A stretch of DNA of 63,835 bases from an uncultured Candidatus Saccharibacteria bacterium (GTDB lineage: Bacteria; Patescibacteriota; Minisyncoccia; UBA6257; 2-01-FULL-56-20), in the NCBI GenBank assembly GCA_964374065.1, contig CAYJWW010000001.1, positions 1 through 63,835 of the forward strand, in the 5' to 3' direction. Made by a program: the position numbers and the translations under genes. This document shows positions 50,213 through 59,468 of this stretch, one piece after another (the first letter of the stretch is position 1; each line of letters begins with the position of its first letter). The notes beneath the pieces are model-generated. The model was not told the DNA's origin and made no database searches. It saw only the letters and a list, made by a program, of their open reading frames with translations.

Positions 50213-51394
50213 ATGGCCCTCACGAAGAGCATGGGTTTCAAAATCACCTACGGCGGGTGGTATCAGCGCACGACGCTCCACCTTACCGAGGTGTATGATC
50301 TTTTCACCAGAGGCTATTCCAAGCTTGCGTTAGACCCCGGCAAACTCAAGAAGTTCCACGAATTACTCGCGCTCAAGGAGATTTCGCGCGAAGCGGGAAA
50401 TTTGGAGTTCATTTGGGCGAAAACCGCGCACGGCATCGAGATCAGGTACTTCGAGGACGGCCTCTATATTCTCGAGCTCCGGTCGGGGGACATCCGACAC
50501 GGGCAAAAGATCCTTGAAAACTACTTCGCGAGCGCGTTCAACCCGGCAATTGCCTATATTTTCTCATTGGGGGCTCCCACCCCGAAAGTGCTCGCGAATA
50601 TCCAAACCGCGCACCCCACTGTCGTAAGCGTCGCAGCGGAGAATCCCGCCCGCTTCGAGGTCCCTGGAGAATTCGGGCCCGTCTATGGCGTGATCACCGC
50701 TCGGGACGTCACGGTGTATAAAACGCCGGGGTATATTTTTGTCGCCTCGCTTCCAAAGCCCGACCTTCCCGTCTCCCAGCTCGTCGAGATGCAGATATTT
50801 TTCCGGGAATTCAAGGACCAGCTCGAAAAATATTTGAACATCCACCGGACCGCATGGGAAGAGATCTCGGCCATCAAGGAGCGGAGAGCGATAAAGGGGC
50901 AGGAAGTGGATGCGCTGCGCAGCCGGCTCGACGGATATCAAAAAACAATAAGCCTTATCACGAACCGCATCAACCAGATGGGGACGTACATCCACACGCG
51001 TTCTTCGATCGCGAAGGCCCTCCGGATCGACGAGGACCTCATCACGCTGTTCCAGTTCAAGTTCGAGGCGCTCCGCGACACCCTCGATTATATTAAAGAG
51101 CTTTGGAAAATGACGAGTGACTATTTGAGCTCCGCCATTCAAAATCTAGTCGAGATAAAATCGCAAGCGACGAATCGGAGCATTCAGTCTCTCCAGGTGA
51201 TCGCGAGCCTGGGCGTCGTCTCCGCGATCATCGGCTACCTTTCGAAGAACGAGGTTCCTCGGGTCACCGCGATCGGCGCGCTTTATTTTGTCGTGATCGT
51301 CGCCGCCGCATGGGCCGTCAATCGGGTGATCACCGTTTTGTATCGAAATAAGAAGTACAAATTGAAATTCGGCGACCGGGCTGAGGATTTATGA
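50213..51394 (+). CDS. conserved-looking hypothetical protein with coiled coil and two C-terminal TM helices
   Basis: 393 aa. Soluble N-terminal domain, a helical region and a C-terminal hairpin of two TM helices (CorA-like topology, but no GMN motif). Confidence 0.7.
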   Translation: MALTKSMGFKITYGGWYQRTTLHLTEVYDLFTRGYSKLALDPGKLKKFHELLALKEISREAGNLEFIWAKTAHGIEIRYFEDGLYILELRSGDIRHGQKILENYFASAFNPAIAYIFSLGAPTPKVLANIQTAHPTVVSVAAENPARFEVPGEFGPVYGVITARDVTVYKTPGYIFVASLPKPDLPVSQLVEMQIFFREFKDQLEKYLNIHRTAWEEISAIKERRAIKGQEVDALRSRLDGYQKTISLITNRINQMGTYIHTRSSIAKALRIDEDLITLFQFKFEALRDTLDYIKELWKMTSDYLSSAIQNLVEIKSQATNRSIQSLQVIASLGVVSAIIGYLSKNEVPRVTAIGALYFVVIVAAAWAVNRVITVLYRNKKYKLKFGDRAEDL

Positions 51395-51442
51395 AGGCGG
51401 TCGTCGCGCGGACATTTTTATTCAGGATAAATCCCACACGCA

Positions 51443-51471
51443 TTGACACCGGGCCTCGAACTGCGTAAGCT
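51443..51471 (+). promoter_or_regulatory. sigma70-type promoter of the infC-rpmI-rplT operon
   Basis: TTGACA-17 nt-TAAGCT. Confidence 0.55.
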
Positions 51472-51494
51472 TGTCCTGAACTCGCGCACATAAA

Positions 51495-52022
51495 ATCTTT
51501 TCCGCTGCCATCCAGAAGCCACGCATCAACAATGAAATAGCCGCCCCCGAGATCAGGGTGATCGGGGAAGACGGGAAGAACCTCGGAGTTATGCCGCGCG
51601 AACGCGCACTCTCCCTCCGAGATCCGGAACGAGGCATCGATCTTATCGAGATCGCACCGGAGGCGAAGCCGCCGGTTTGCCGGCTTATGAGCTTCGACAA
51701 GTACCGCTATGAGCGAGGAAAAGCGGAGAAGAAAGAGCGCCTGGCTCAGCGCGGGCTTGGAATGAAGCAGATCCAGATCAGCGCCCGGGCGGCGGAGAAC
51801 GACCTCCGCGTCAAGCTGCGGCAGCTCGAGCAGTTCCTTGCGGAAGGCCACCAGATCGAAATTCAAATGCGGCTCCGGGGAAGGGAAAAGAGCCACAAGG
51901 ACTGGGCGCGGGAAAAACTCAACGGCTTTCTCGGCATGATCGCGACGGAGCATCGGCGCCTCGACGAGCCGAAATTCGGAGGACGGGGAATGCTTGTGCA
52001 TATCGCAAAGAAACAACCATGA
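51495..52022 (+). CDS. infC: translation initiation factor IF-3, non-AUG start inferred
   Basis: RINNEIAAPEIRVIGEDGKNLGV is the conserved IF-3 N-terminus and lies upstream of the ORF-track GTG. The frame is open back to a TGA at 51477 and contains no ATG. ATC codons at 51495, 51510 and 51525 are candidate starts. Confidence 0.85.
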   Translation: MFSAAIQKPRINNEIAAPEIRVIGEDGKNLGVMPRERALSLRDPERGIDLIEIAPEAKPPVCRLMSFDKYRYERGKAEKKERLAQRGLGMKQIQISARAAENDLRVKLRQLEQFLAEGHQIEIQMRLRGREKSHKDWAREKLNGFLGMIATEHRRLDEPKFGGRGMLVHIAKKQP

Positions 52023-52198
52023 AAACGAAGACGTCGAAAAGCGTTTCGAAACGGATACGGATCACGCGCCGAGGGAAGATCATCCGCAGAAAGACGGGAG
52101 TGGATCATTTTCGCACGAAGAAAACCTCGAAAAACCTTGCGCAAAAACGCAAGACTTACTCGTTGGACGTTTCCAAGAAAACCATCCTTAACTATTAA
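52019..52198 (+). CDS. rpmI: 50S ribosomal protein L35 (59 aa; below the ORF-track cutoff)
   Basis: Hand translation gives MKTKTSKSVSKRIRITRRGKIIRRKTGVDHFRTKKTSKNLAQKRKTYSLDVSKKTILNY. ATGA overlap with the infC stop. Confidence 0.9.
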   Translation: MKTKTSKSVSKRIRITRRGKIIRRKTGVDHFRTKKTSKNLAQKRKTYSLDVSKKTILNY

Positions 52199-52209
52199 TT
52201 CATTTTTAC

Positions 52210-52557
52210 ATGCCGCGAGTTAAGCGAGGGAAAATAGCCCATAAGAAGCGCGAACGACTTCTTAAGTATACCAAGGGGTTCCGTTGGGGAAGGAAATCAA
52301 AGGAGCGGGCCGCAAAAGAGGCCCTGCTTCATGCGTGGACGCATGCGTTCCGGGGCAGAAAGCAAAAGAAAGGGGTCCGGCGCCGGCTTTGGAACGTTCG
52401 CGTGAACGCAGGCGCTCGCGCGGTCGGGACAAAATACAGCGCCCTTGTCTCCGGGCTGAAGCGTAAAAGCGTCAAACTGAACCGCAAGATGCTTGCGGAA
52501 CTTGCCGAAAAACATCCTGCGATTTTCGAGCGCATAGCGTCTGCGGCAAAGGAATAG
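52210..52557 (+). CDS. rplT: 50S ribosomal protein L20
   Basis: MPRVKRGKIAHKKRERLLKYTKGFRWGRK is the canonical L20 N-terminus. Confidence 0.95.
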   Translation: MPRVKRGKIAHKKRERLLKYTKGFRWGRKSKERAAKEALLHAWTHAFRGRKQKKGVRRRLWNVRVNAGARAVGTKYSALVSGLKRKSVKLNRKMLAELAEKHPAIFERIASAAKE

Positions 52558-52572
52558 TCCCGACCTGTCGAG

Positions 52573-52923
52573 CTAGTCTGATCTGCCGGACTTACGGGGC
52601 CGATCCCAGCCGTATTTCTTCAGGTCGATTTTCCCGTCCTTAAGCGAAACCCCTTCTTTGCGAAGAAGAAGGATTTTCTTTTCCGGTCCGCCTGCATAAC
52701 CGCCTAACGTGCCGTCGGAGCGGACCACGCGGTGGCACGGCACCTGCCTGCCGGCAGGCAGGCCCGAGGACGCGCCGAAGGGATTTTTGTTCAACGCGTT
52801 CCCGACCGCGCGGTAGGCCGCGCGGTGTCCGATATGCTCCGCAAGCGCGCGATAGGTGGTCACCTTGCCGCGCGGAATTGCTTCAAGCGCCCGCCATACT
52901 CGCTCATTAAAATTAGCCGCCAT
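52573..52923 (-). CDS. MGMT-family protein (methylated-DNA--protein-cysteine methyltransferase, DNA-binding/active-site domain)
   Basis: PCHRVV active-site motif and VTTYRALA helix-turn-helix region. 116 aa. Confidence 0.85.
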   Translation of the reverse strand: MAANFNERVWRALEAIPRGKVTTYRALAEHIGHRAAYRAVGNALNKNPFGASSGLPAGRQVPCHRVVRSDGTLGGYAGGPEKKILLLRKEGVSLKDGKIDLKKYGWDRPRKSGRSD

Positions 52924-53410
52924 GGCCGTGCCGCTTGCGCCGCTCGATGAAGTCGCGGGATTCCTTTAACACCCGCTTCGTGCCGGCATATTTTTTCCCA
53001 AGTATCTTCATTGCGTCCTCGTAGAGGAACCAGGCAAACCCGCTGTGCTCCCGCGGCGAGATGCGCACTTCCGCTTGTTTGGTTTCCGCGAGGTATAAGA
53101 TGAGCGTGTCGTAGATCTTTTCGCGCCCGCGGTAGAAATGAAACTTCACGTATGTTTTGAAATCCGGGATGATGCGGAGCTCCGAGGGCTTAAGGCCGGT
53201 TTCCTCTTCGGTTTCGCGGAGTGCCGCTCCCAGGCTCTTTTCTCCCGAGGCAAAATGTCCTTTGGGAAAATTCCAGTAATTTCCCCTTCGATAGAGCAGC
53301 AGGAATTTAAGGCCCTCATCCGTTTTCCGATACACGACGAATCCTGCAACGACTTGCTTCTTCACCTGCACCTGTTTTTTCCGGTTCACATCGTGAGTCA
53401 TGCGGATCAT
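52913..53410 (-). CDS. NUDIX hydrolase
   Basis: Nudix box GHFASGEKSLGAALRETEEETGL. Start at ATG 53410, forming an ATGA overlap with the polX stop. Confidence 0.85.
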   Translation of the reverse strand: MIRMTHDVNRKKQVQVKKQVVAGFVVYRKTDEGLKFLLLYRRGNYWNFPKGHFASGEKSLGAALRETEEETGLKPSELRIIPDFKTYVKFHFYRGREKIYDTLILYLAETKQAEVRISPREHSGFAWFLYEDAMKILGKKYAGTKRVLKESRDFIERRKRHGHGG

Positions 53411-55173
53411 TTTACCACTATTCCCCATCTGCGCCGATTTCTCTTTATGCGTGCGAGCATTTTCTGAAGCGGCCATGCGTTAATCACATCTTTGCGCTCG
53501 ACCCATCCCCGCCTCGCCTGTCCGATGCCGTATTCAAGATTCTTAAGATGGGATGCCGCGTGCGCATCGGTATCGATCGCGAGCATTACCCCCGCCTCGA
53601 CCGCCTTTTTCGCATACTCTCCATGCAGATCAAGGCGATGGGGATCGGCATCGATTTCCAGCACCGTTCCGGTCCGCTTCGCGGCCTCGATCACCGCATC
53701 CATATCGAGCGCTATGGGCTCGCGCCGGCCAACGAGCCGGCATGTCGGATGGAACAAGATATCCGCATGCGGGTTCTCCATCGCCCGGATCACGCGCCGT
53801 GTTTGCTCCTCCCGGGGAAGGCCGAAGTGGGAATGGACCGCCACCCCCACAACGTCGAGTTTTGCGAGAACGTCGTCCCGGATATCGAGCGAACCGTCCT
53901 TCGTGATGTTCACCTCGGCGCTCTTCAGAATGCGCAGCTTTGAGTTTTTAGTTTTTAGTTTTGAGTTTAATCTGTCGATCTCCTTCATTTGGCGCAGGAG
54001 CTTCTTCTCGTCCGCGCCGCCAGTCATGGCAAGGGATTTCGTATGATCCGTGATCGCGAGGTATTCATGCCCCAGGAGCGCGGCCGCTTCCGCCATCTCT
54101 TCGATCGAATCCGCTCCGTCCGTCCAATCCGTCGTAACCTGGAGGTCCCCCCTGAGATCGCCGTAGCCTATCAGGCGCGGGAGCTTGCCCATGGCAGCCG
54201 CTTCGATCTCCCCGGTATCGGTGCGCATCTCGGGAGGGATCCACGGAAGTCCGAGTCGTTCATAGATGTCCTTCTCCGAGAACGCCGCTATCGGCTTCTT
54301 GCCCTTGAATAACCCGTACTCGTTCAATTTATATCCCTTCTTGATCGCGCGCTCGCGCATTTTGATGTTGTGCCGCTTATCACCCGTGAAATATTGAACG
54401 GCTGCGCCGAACGACTGCGGCGGCACCACGCGAAGGTCGGCGTCGATACCCGGCCGAAGCCGCACAAGTGTCTTGGAATCGCCCTTCGCATACACGTGAA
54501 CCACTTCGGGGAGTGATGCGAAGTAATCCATAACCGGCTTCGGCCTGTCGGATGTTACCAAAATATCTATGTCCCCCACGGTCTCCTGCCAGCGCCGATA
54601 CGATCCGCACACCACCACTTCTTTCACCCCTTTTGCTCCTTTCAATCTTTTCACGATCGACTCCACGAGGGGCCGCGCGACGCCTATCGGAAACCTTCCT
54701 CTCGCCCGCTTCTCGAAATCGATCGCTTTGAGTATCTTCGCTTCGAACTTTTCTCCCAGCCGCGGGAGCGTGCGGATCTTCTTTTCTCTCGCGGCCCGCG
54801 CGAGGTCCTTGATGCTCCGGATCCGAAGCGTTTCCCAAAGGACTTTCACCATCTTCGGCCCGAGCCCCTCGAGCGAGATAAGCGCTCCGATCTCCATTGG
54901 ATATTTTTTCTTGAACCGCTCGTGGTCTTTCGCCCTCCCCGTTTTCAACAGTTCTTCGATTCGAAGCGCGATGCCTGCGCCAACGCCGGGTATCCGCATA
55001 AGCCCCTTTTTGCCTTCTTTTGCGTAGACATCGGCAAGATCCTCGGTGAGCCCGCTCACCGCGTACGCGGCACGCTCATATGCGCGCGGCTTAAACGGCG
55101 CCTCCTCCATCTCGAGATAAACCGCGAGTTCTTCCAAGACCTTTGCGATCTCCTGGTTTGAAACACGGCGCAT
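53407..55173 (-). CDS. polX: DNA polymerase X family protein with C-terminal PHP phosphoesterase domain
   Basis: N-terminal HhH (IPGVGAGIALRIEELL), nucleotidyltransferase GSYRRWQETVGDIDILV, and PHP motifs (TDHT, VHSH, IDTDAH). Confidence 0.9.
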   Translation of the reverse strand: MRRVSNQEIAKVLEELAVYLEMEEAPFKPRAYERAAYAVSGLTEDLADVYAKEGKKGLMRIPGVGAGIALRIEELLKTGRAKDHERFKKKYPMEIGALISLEGLGPKMVKVLWETLRIRSIKDLARAAREKKIRTLPRLGEKFEAKILKAIDFEKRARGRFPIGVARPLVESIVKRLKGAKGVKEVVVCGSYRRWQETVGDIDILVTSDRPKPVMDYFASLPEVVHVYAKGDSKTLVRLRPGIDADLRVVPPQSFGAAVQYFTGDKRHNIKMRERAIKKGYKLNEYGLFKGKKPIAAFSEKDIYERLGLPWIPPEMRTDTGEIEAAAMGKLPRLIGYGDLRGDLQVTTDWTDGADSIEEMAEAAALLGHEYLAITDHTKSLAMTGGADEKKLLRQMKEIDRLNSKLKTKNSKLRILKSAEVNITKDGSLDIRDDVLAKLDVVGVAVHSHFGLPREEQTRRVIRAMENPHADILFHPTCRLVGRREPIALDMDAVIEAAKRTGTVLEIDADPHRLDLHGEYAKKAVEAGVMLAIDTDAHAASHLKNLEYGIGQARRGWVERKDVINAWPLQKMLARIKRNRRRWGIVVK

Positions 55174-55180
55174 TTGTTTG

Positions 55181-55837
55181 CTATTTCGCGAAATGCGGCG
55201 AACGCTTCTTCATCCCTTCTGCGCCGGGGACCGTCGGCGCCGGAAGCGAAATGTTCGGCGCAAAGAGAAGGATGACGAATGCGGCAAGCGAGAAAAGCGA
55301 CGTGAGCGCGAATACCGCGCGGAAACCGAACGCATCGGCGACAACGGCCCCTAAGAATGCCGTGATCCCCGCAGAGACGCCGACCGCCGTCGAATCGAGC
55401 GACCAATCGAACGCGATCCGATCGGGGTCGAGATGCCGCGAAAAGATCGCCGCCCATGAAGGCACGTATAACCCCAATGCCAGGGCATGAATCACCTGCG
55501 CCACATAAAGCTGCCAGATCTCATGGACGAATATGAACGCGAATGCGGAGAGGGAGGCAGCGAGAAGCCCGATCATGAGCGCCCGGATATCATCGGCCTC
55601 CCCGCGATGCGTGTCTAAATAATTTGCGATGGGAATCTGCAGAATCGATTTGACGCCCCAGTATAATGCGGCCGCGGTCCCCGCGGTAATAACGGTAGCC
55701 CCTGCGATCTCTTTAATAATGAAGACCGAAAAGATCGGTTCGATGAACCCCCATCCCGCAAAAAGGGCGAGGTCAAGAAGCACGAAGCTCCGCACTAATT
55801 TGTTGACGCCGAGATTAAGGCTTACGCGAACGCGCAT
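55181..55837 (-). CDS. MFS-type transporter, six-TM half-size (218 aa)
   Basis: Six hydrophobic helices and an MFS-like loop YLDTHRGEADD between TM2 and TM3. The second six-helix half is absent. Confidence 0.55.
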   Translation of the reverse strand: MRVRVSLNLGVNKLVRSFVLLDLALFAGWGFIEPIFSVFIIKEIAGATVITAGTAAALYWGVKSILQIPIANYLDTHRGEADDIRALMIGLLAASLSAFAFIFVHEIWQLYVAQVIHALALGLYVPSWAAIFSRHLDPDRIAFDWSLDSTAVGVSAGITAFLGAVVADAFGFRAVFALTSLFSLAAFVILLFAPNISLPAPTVPGAEGMKKRSPHFAK

Positions 55838-55849
55838 AGGAAATGAATT

Positions 55850-58357
55850 TTACACCTCCTCGACCGTGAACATGATTTCTTCTCCTGCCGCCCCGACCTT
55901 CACTTCGCCTCCTTTCGGGATCTCTTTGCGCAAAATCTTTTGGGCAAGCGGGGCCTTGATCCGATCGTTGATCACGCGGCGGAGGGGCCGCGCACCGAAG
56001 GAAGGGTCGTACCCGAGCTTCGCGATGAGCTTGATCACTTCGGGATCGAACGAGATCGTAATCCCCTGCTGCGACAAGTGTTGCGAAAAACCGCGAAGTT
56101 CCCGCGACGCGATCTGCGCAACCTGTTCGATTGAAAGATCTCTGAAAATAACTATCCGAGAAAAGCGGTTCAGGAGTTCTGGCCTGAACGCGTCGGTGAG
56201 TCTCCGTTTCACATACTCTCCGACGGCTTCCATCGTCTCTCCTTTCCGAATCGCTTCGTTGATGATGTCCGAATGGGCGTTCGAGGTGGCGATCACGATC
56301 GCATTCGAGAAATTCACCGTGCGCCCAAGATGGTCCGTAAGCCGTCCGTCATCGAGCACCTGGAGAAAAAGATTCAGGATGTCCGGAAATGCTTTCTCAA
56401 ATTCGTCCAAAAGCACGAGCGAGTAGGGTTTCTCGCGCACCGCGTCGGTTAATGCTCCCGCGACGCTCCCGTCCGCGGAACCTATAAAACGAACAAAACT
56501 CTGCTTGTCCTGATACTCGGTCATATCAAACCTGATCATCGCCTCCTCGGAACCGAACTGGAACGCCGCAAGCGTTTTCGCGAGCTCCGTTTTCCCCACT
56601 CCGGTCGGCCCCACAAAGAGAAAGCTTGCAATGGGGCCTTTTCGGGCCGCGATACCGCTCCGGTACTCCCGCAAGGCATTCGCGACCGCGGCGACTGCCT
56701 CTTCCTGGTCGACGAGCCGAGAATGAATCGTCTCTTCGAGATGGAGAAGGGCTTCCGCTTCTTCGCCGGTCGCCTCGCGGATCGGGATGTTCGTTTTCTC
56801 TTCCGCCGCGGCGATCACGGTATCCGGCCCCAAGAACTTGTCTCCCCTGCCTGCGGCGAGCGAGAGAGCGCTCTTCAGAAGCGCTTCGGCGCTTCCGGGA
56901 AGACGCGTGTCGCTGAAATACTTTTTGGCGAGTTTTACGGAAGTTTTAACCGCCCCGAAACTTATCACGATCTTCGTTTTCGCTTCGAGAAAGAGGCTCT
57001 CGTATACGAGAAGCCGCTGGGCCTCGTTCTCGGTCAGCTCTTCCACGCGTATTGCCTCGAAAATGCCGGTAAAATCACTCCGCGGCTCAACTAACTGCTT
57101 ATACTCGCGGGGATACGTGGTCCCGACCACGGGAAACGCGTCGCCTTCAATGACCGGAGAGAGCGCGTCCGCCGCGGAAAGAAATCCCTCGCCGGACGTC
57201 TTCATGAGATTATGGATATCGGGGATATAGAGGATGATGTTCCCTGCGGCTACGATTTCTTCGGCGACGCGCTTCACCCGCTCCTGGAGCTCCGCTTGCG
57301 CCGCTCCCGCGACGAGCCTGGCCACATCGAGCGCGACGAGGCGCTTGTCGAAGATCGGGGACGGCACGCGATCCGTCGTGAGCTCGAAGGCCAGGTGCGC
57401 AATGAGCGCCTCTTTGCCGATGCCCGCCTCCCCTATGAGGATCGCGTTCGGATGTATGGGGCGCGCAAGCGTTTCGATCAAACGCGCGTATTCCCCCCGA
57501 TGCCCGACTAAAAACCCGACAGAACCGGCCCGGGCCATGTCGGTAAAATCGGCGCTGAAACGGTCGAGTGTGGGGGTCGGCCGGCTGGTCCACGCGCGAT
57601 TCATCACTCGGTGCCTCATGCCCCGTTCAATGCCGGGCACGACGCCCGTCAAGGACTTGGAGCTCTGCTTCACGAGGTCGGTCTTCGCTCCGCTAAAAAC
57701 CATCGCAAGGTCGAGGTCTCCCGCGTCGATCATGAAGGCTTTGAACAGACGGTCTACGAGCTCGTCCTTGATGAGCGGGAGGGCGGCAAAAAGATCGCTT
57801 GGATATACGAACCGGTGTCCGTTCGCGACCGCTCGGTCAAACCCCATCAATACAAGCGCTTGGACACCCGCCAGAGCATCCAGTGCGTCTGGTTTGTTCC
57901 TGCTCTCTTTCAGGAATCCCTCGAGTTTCTGCTTGAATTCAGCAGGGGGCACGTCGAGACGGCGCATTCCTTCCTCTATCTCCTTCTGTGCCAAAAGCCG
58001 AAGGCACGCCTCAAGGAATACATTGCTCTCTGTCACAATGCTTCGATCGTATATCCGTTCGATGAGTAAGAGCGCGCGAGGGCTCATATACCGCGCCGCA
58101 TTCACCGCTCCTGTTTGAGGGAGCTCGGAGAGCGGCCGGTCTCCTTCGGCGGCATGGATCATGCGATCGCCCAGAAAGAGCAGGAGCAGAATCCCCAGCA
58201 CCTCAAGCGGCCGATAATCGGAGAAGAGGAGGGCGAGAACGAGGGCGAACAGAAAAATATAAGTTGCGTAACTCACGATCCGGACGAACATCCGCCCGAG
58301 GATCGTCATATGGAGCCTTGGATACGAGAAATACGGATCGACGCGCGATTGATTCAT
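55850..58357 (-). CDS. ClpA/B/C-family double AAA+ ATPase with N-terminal transmembrane segment
   Basis: Two Walker A motifs (GEAGIGKEAL; GPTGVGKTELAK), a DEFEKA Walker B region, and N-terminal hydrophobic helices (IVSYATYIFLFALVLALLF, VLGILLLLFLG). Start at ATG 58357. Confidence 0.88.
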   Translation of the reverse strand: MNQSRVDPYFSYPRLHMTILGRMFVRIVSYATYIFLFALVLALLFSDYRPLEVLGILLLLFLGDRMIHAAEGDRPLSELPQTGAVNAARYMSPRALLLIERIYDRSIVTESNVFLEACLRLLAQKEIEEGMRRLDVPPAEFKQKLEGFLKESRNKPDALDALAGVQALVLMGFDRAVANGHRFVYPSDLFAALPLIKDELVDRLFKAFMIDAGDLDLAMVFSGAKTDLVKQSSKSLTGVVPGIERGMRHRVMNRAWTSRPTPTLDRFSADFTDMARAGSVGFLVGHRGEYARLIETLARPIHPNAILIGEAGIGKEALIAHLAFELTTDRVPSPIFDKRLVALDVARLVAGAAQAELQERVKRVAEEIVAAGNIILYIPDIHNLMKTSGEGFLSAADALSPVIEGDAFPVVGTTYPREYKQLVEPRSDFTGIFEAIRVEELTENEAQRLLVYESLFLEAKTKIVISFGAVKTSVKLAKKYFSDTRLPGSAEALLKSALSLAAGRGDKFLGPDTVIAAAEEKTNIPIREATGEEAEALLHLEETIHSRLVDQEEAVAAVANALREYRSGIAARKGPIASFLFVGPTGVGKTELAKTLAAFQFGSEEAMIRFDMTEYQDKQSFVRFIGSADGSVAGALTDAVREKPYSLVLLDEFEKAFPDILNLFLQVLDDGRLTDHLGRTVNFSNAIVIATSNAHSDIINEAIRKGETMEAVGEYVKRRLTDAFRPELLNRFSRIVIFRDLSIEQVAQIASRELRGFSQHLSQQGITISFDPEVIKLIAKLGYDPSFGARPLRRVINDRIKAPLAQKILRKEIPKGGEVKVGAAGEEIMFTVEEV

Positions 58358-58358
58358 G

Positions 58359-58724
58359 TTAAACGGCCCAGAAGGCGTAGACGAGAAGGAATGGCGGGAG
58401 CAGGAACCATGCGGCGAGAACGACGAGGAACGCCGCGGCAAGGAAGAGATATACAGTTCCGCCGATCAGCATCCTTCCGGAACGGAAGATAACTCCCAAA
58501 ATCCTTCCGACGACCGTGTAGTCCTTATAGAGGGGCTGGAAAAAGTATCGGAAGGTTACGCGAACGGCGAACGTCCGATCGAGTTGCTCGAGGATCGACA
58601 TAAACCGGTGCATAACGACTCGGCTGCCGTCGACGTACCAGTGATGAAAAAAGTCCGCGATCCGGAAGAAAAGCCTGTGCAGCACGTAGATCACGGCAAA
58701 ATTCATACATTTATTATATCGCAC
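58359..58724 (-). CDS. small membrane protein, translationally coupled to the Clp-like ATPase gene
   Basis: 121 aa with a C-terminal TM pair. Its stop (58359-58361) is 1 nt from the ATPase ATG (58355-58357). Confidence 0.6.
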   Translation of the reverse strand: MRYNKCMNFAVIYVLHRLFFRIADFFHHWYVDGSRVVMHRFMSILEQLDRTFAVRVTFRYFFQPLYKDYTVVGRILGVIFRSGRMLIGGTVYLFLAAAFLVVLAAWFLLPPFLLVYAFWAV

Positions 58725-58728
58725 TTAT

Positions 58729-59364
58729 TCAAAAGAGCTTCGGCTGAGGTGCATCCTCCGATGGCGCGGCGCCCTGCTCGCGAAACGGCGATGCGGCAAT
58801 GAGTTTTTCGTAGTTTCGGAGTGCGACCGCGAGTTTTTTAAAGCTTTCCCGGAATTGCAGCATCACTTCCGTGCCTCGCAGCGCCGCCGCCGGATGGAAA
58901 AGCGGCACGATGAGCCTGTGTTTCATGCGGAACACCTTGCCCTGGTCGCGGGTGATCTTTGCCGCCGGCAGGAAGAAATTCATTGAAAAACGCCCAAGGG
59001 TCGCGATGATCTTCGGCTCGATGCATTCGATCTGCCGCGCAAGATAGGGCTGGTAGGCCTCGATCTCTCCGGGAAGCGGGTCGCGATTTTCCGGCGGACG
59101 GCGTTTGACGATGTTCGTGATATATACGTCTTCCTCCTTCCATCCGATACTCCGGATGCATTCGCGCAAAAGCTGCCCGCCGCGCCCCACGAAAGGGCGC
59201 TTTTGGACGTCTTCGTGATAACCCGGGGCTTCACCGATAAACATGACTTCGGCTGCCGGACTCCCTTCCCCAAACACAAGGTTCGTCTGAAGCGGCAGTG
59301 TTTCATCCGCGGCCATTTCAGCCTCGAGTCCCTGGAGCAGTTTTTCTTTCTCGCCACGCGTCAT
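58729..59364 (-). CDS. udg: uracil-DNA glycosylase, family 4
   Basis: GEAPGYHEDVQKRPFVGRGG and HPAAALR motifs. Confidence 0.9.
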   Translation of the reverse strand: MTRGEKEKLLQGLEAEMAADETLPLQTNLVFGEGSPAAEVMFIGEAPGYHEDVQKRPFVGRGGQLLRECIRSIGWKEEDVYITNIVKRRPPENRDPLPGEIEAYQPYLARQIECIEPKIIATLGRFSMNFFLPAAKITRDQGKVFRMKHRLIVPLFHPAAALRGTEVMLQFRESFKKLAVALRNYEKLIAASPFREQGAAPSEDAPQPKLF

Positions 59365-59377
59365 ATGTCGAATTATA

Positions 59378-59452
59378 TGGTGCCCTCGGCTGGAATCGAA
59401 CCAGCATCACCTCCTTCGGAGGGAGATATCCTATCCGTTGAACGACGAGGGC
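59378..59452 (-). tRNA. tRNA-Arg (anticodon CCG), CCA encoded
   Basis: The reverse complement is GCCCTCGTCGTTCAACGGATAGGATATCTCCCTCCGAAGGAGGTGATGCTGGTTCGATTCCAGCCGAGGGCACCA. Anticodon loop CTCCGAA; T-arm GCTGG-TTCGATT-CCAGC. Confidence 0.88.
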
Positions 59453-59468
59453 GAAACGCCGCGCGACG

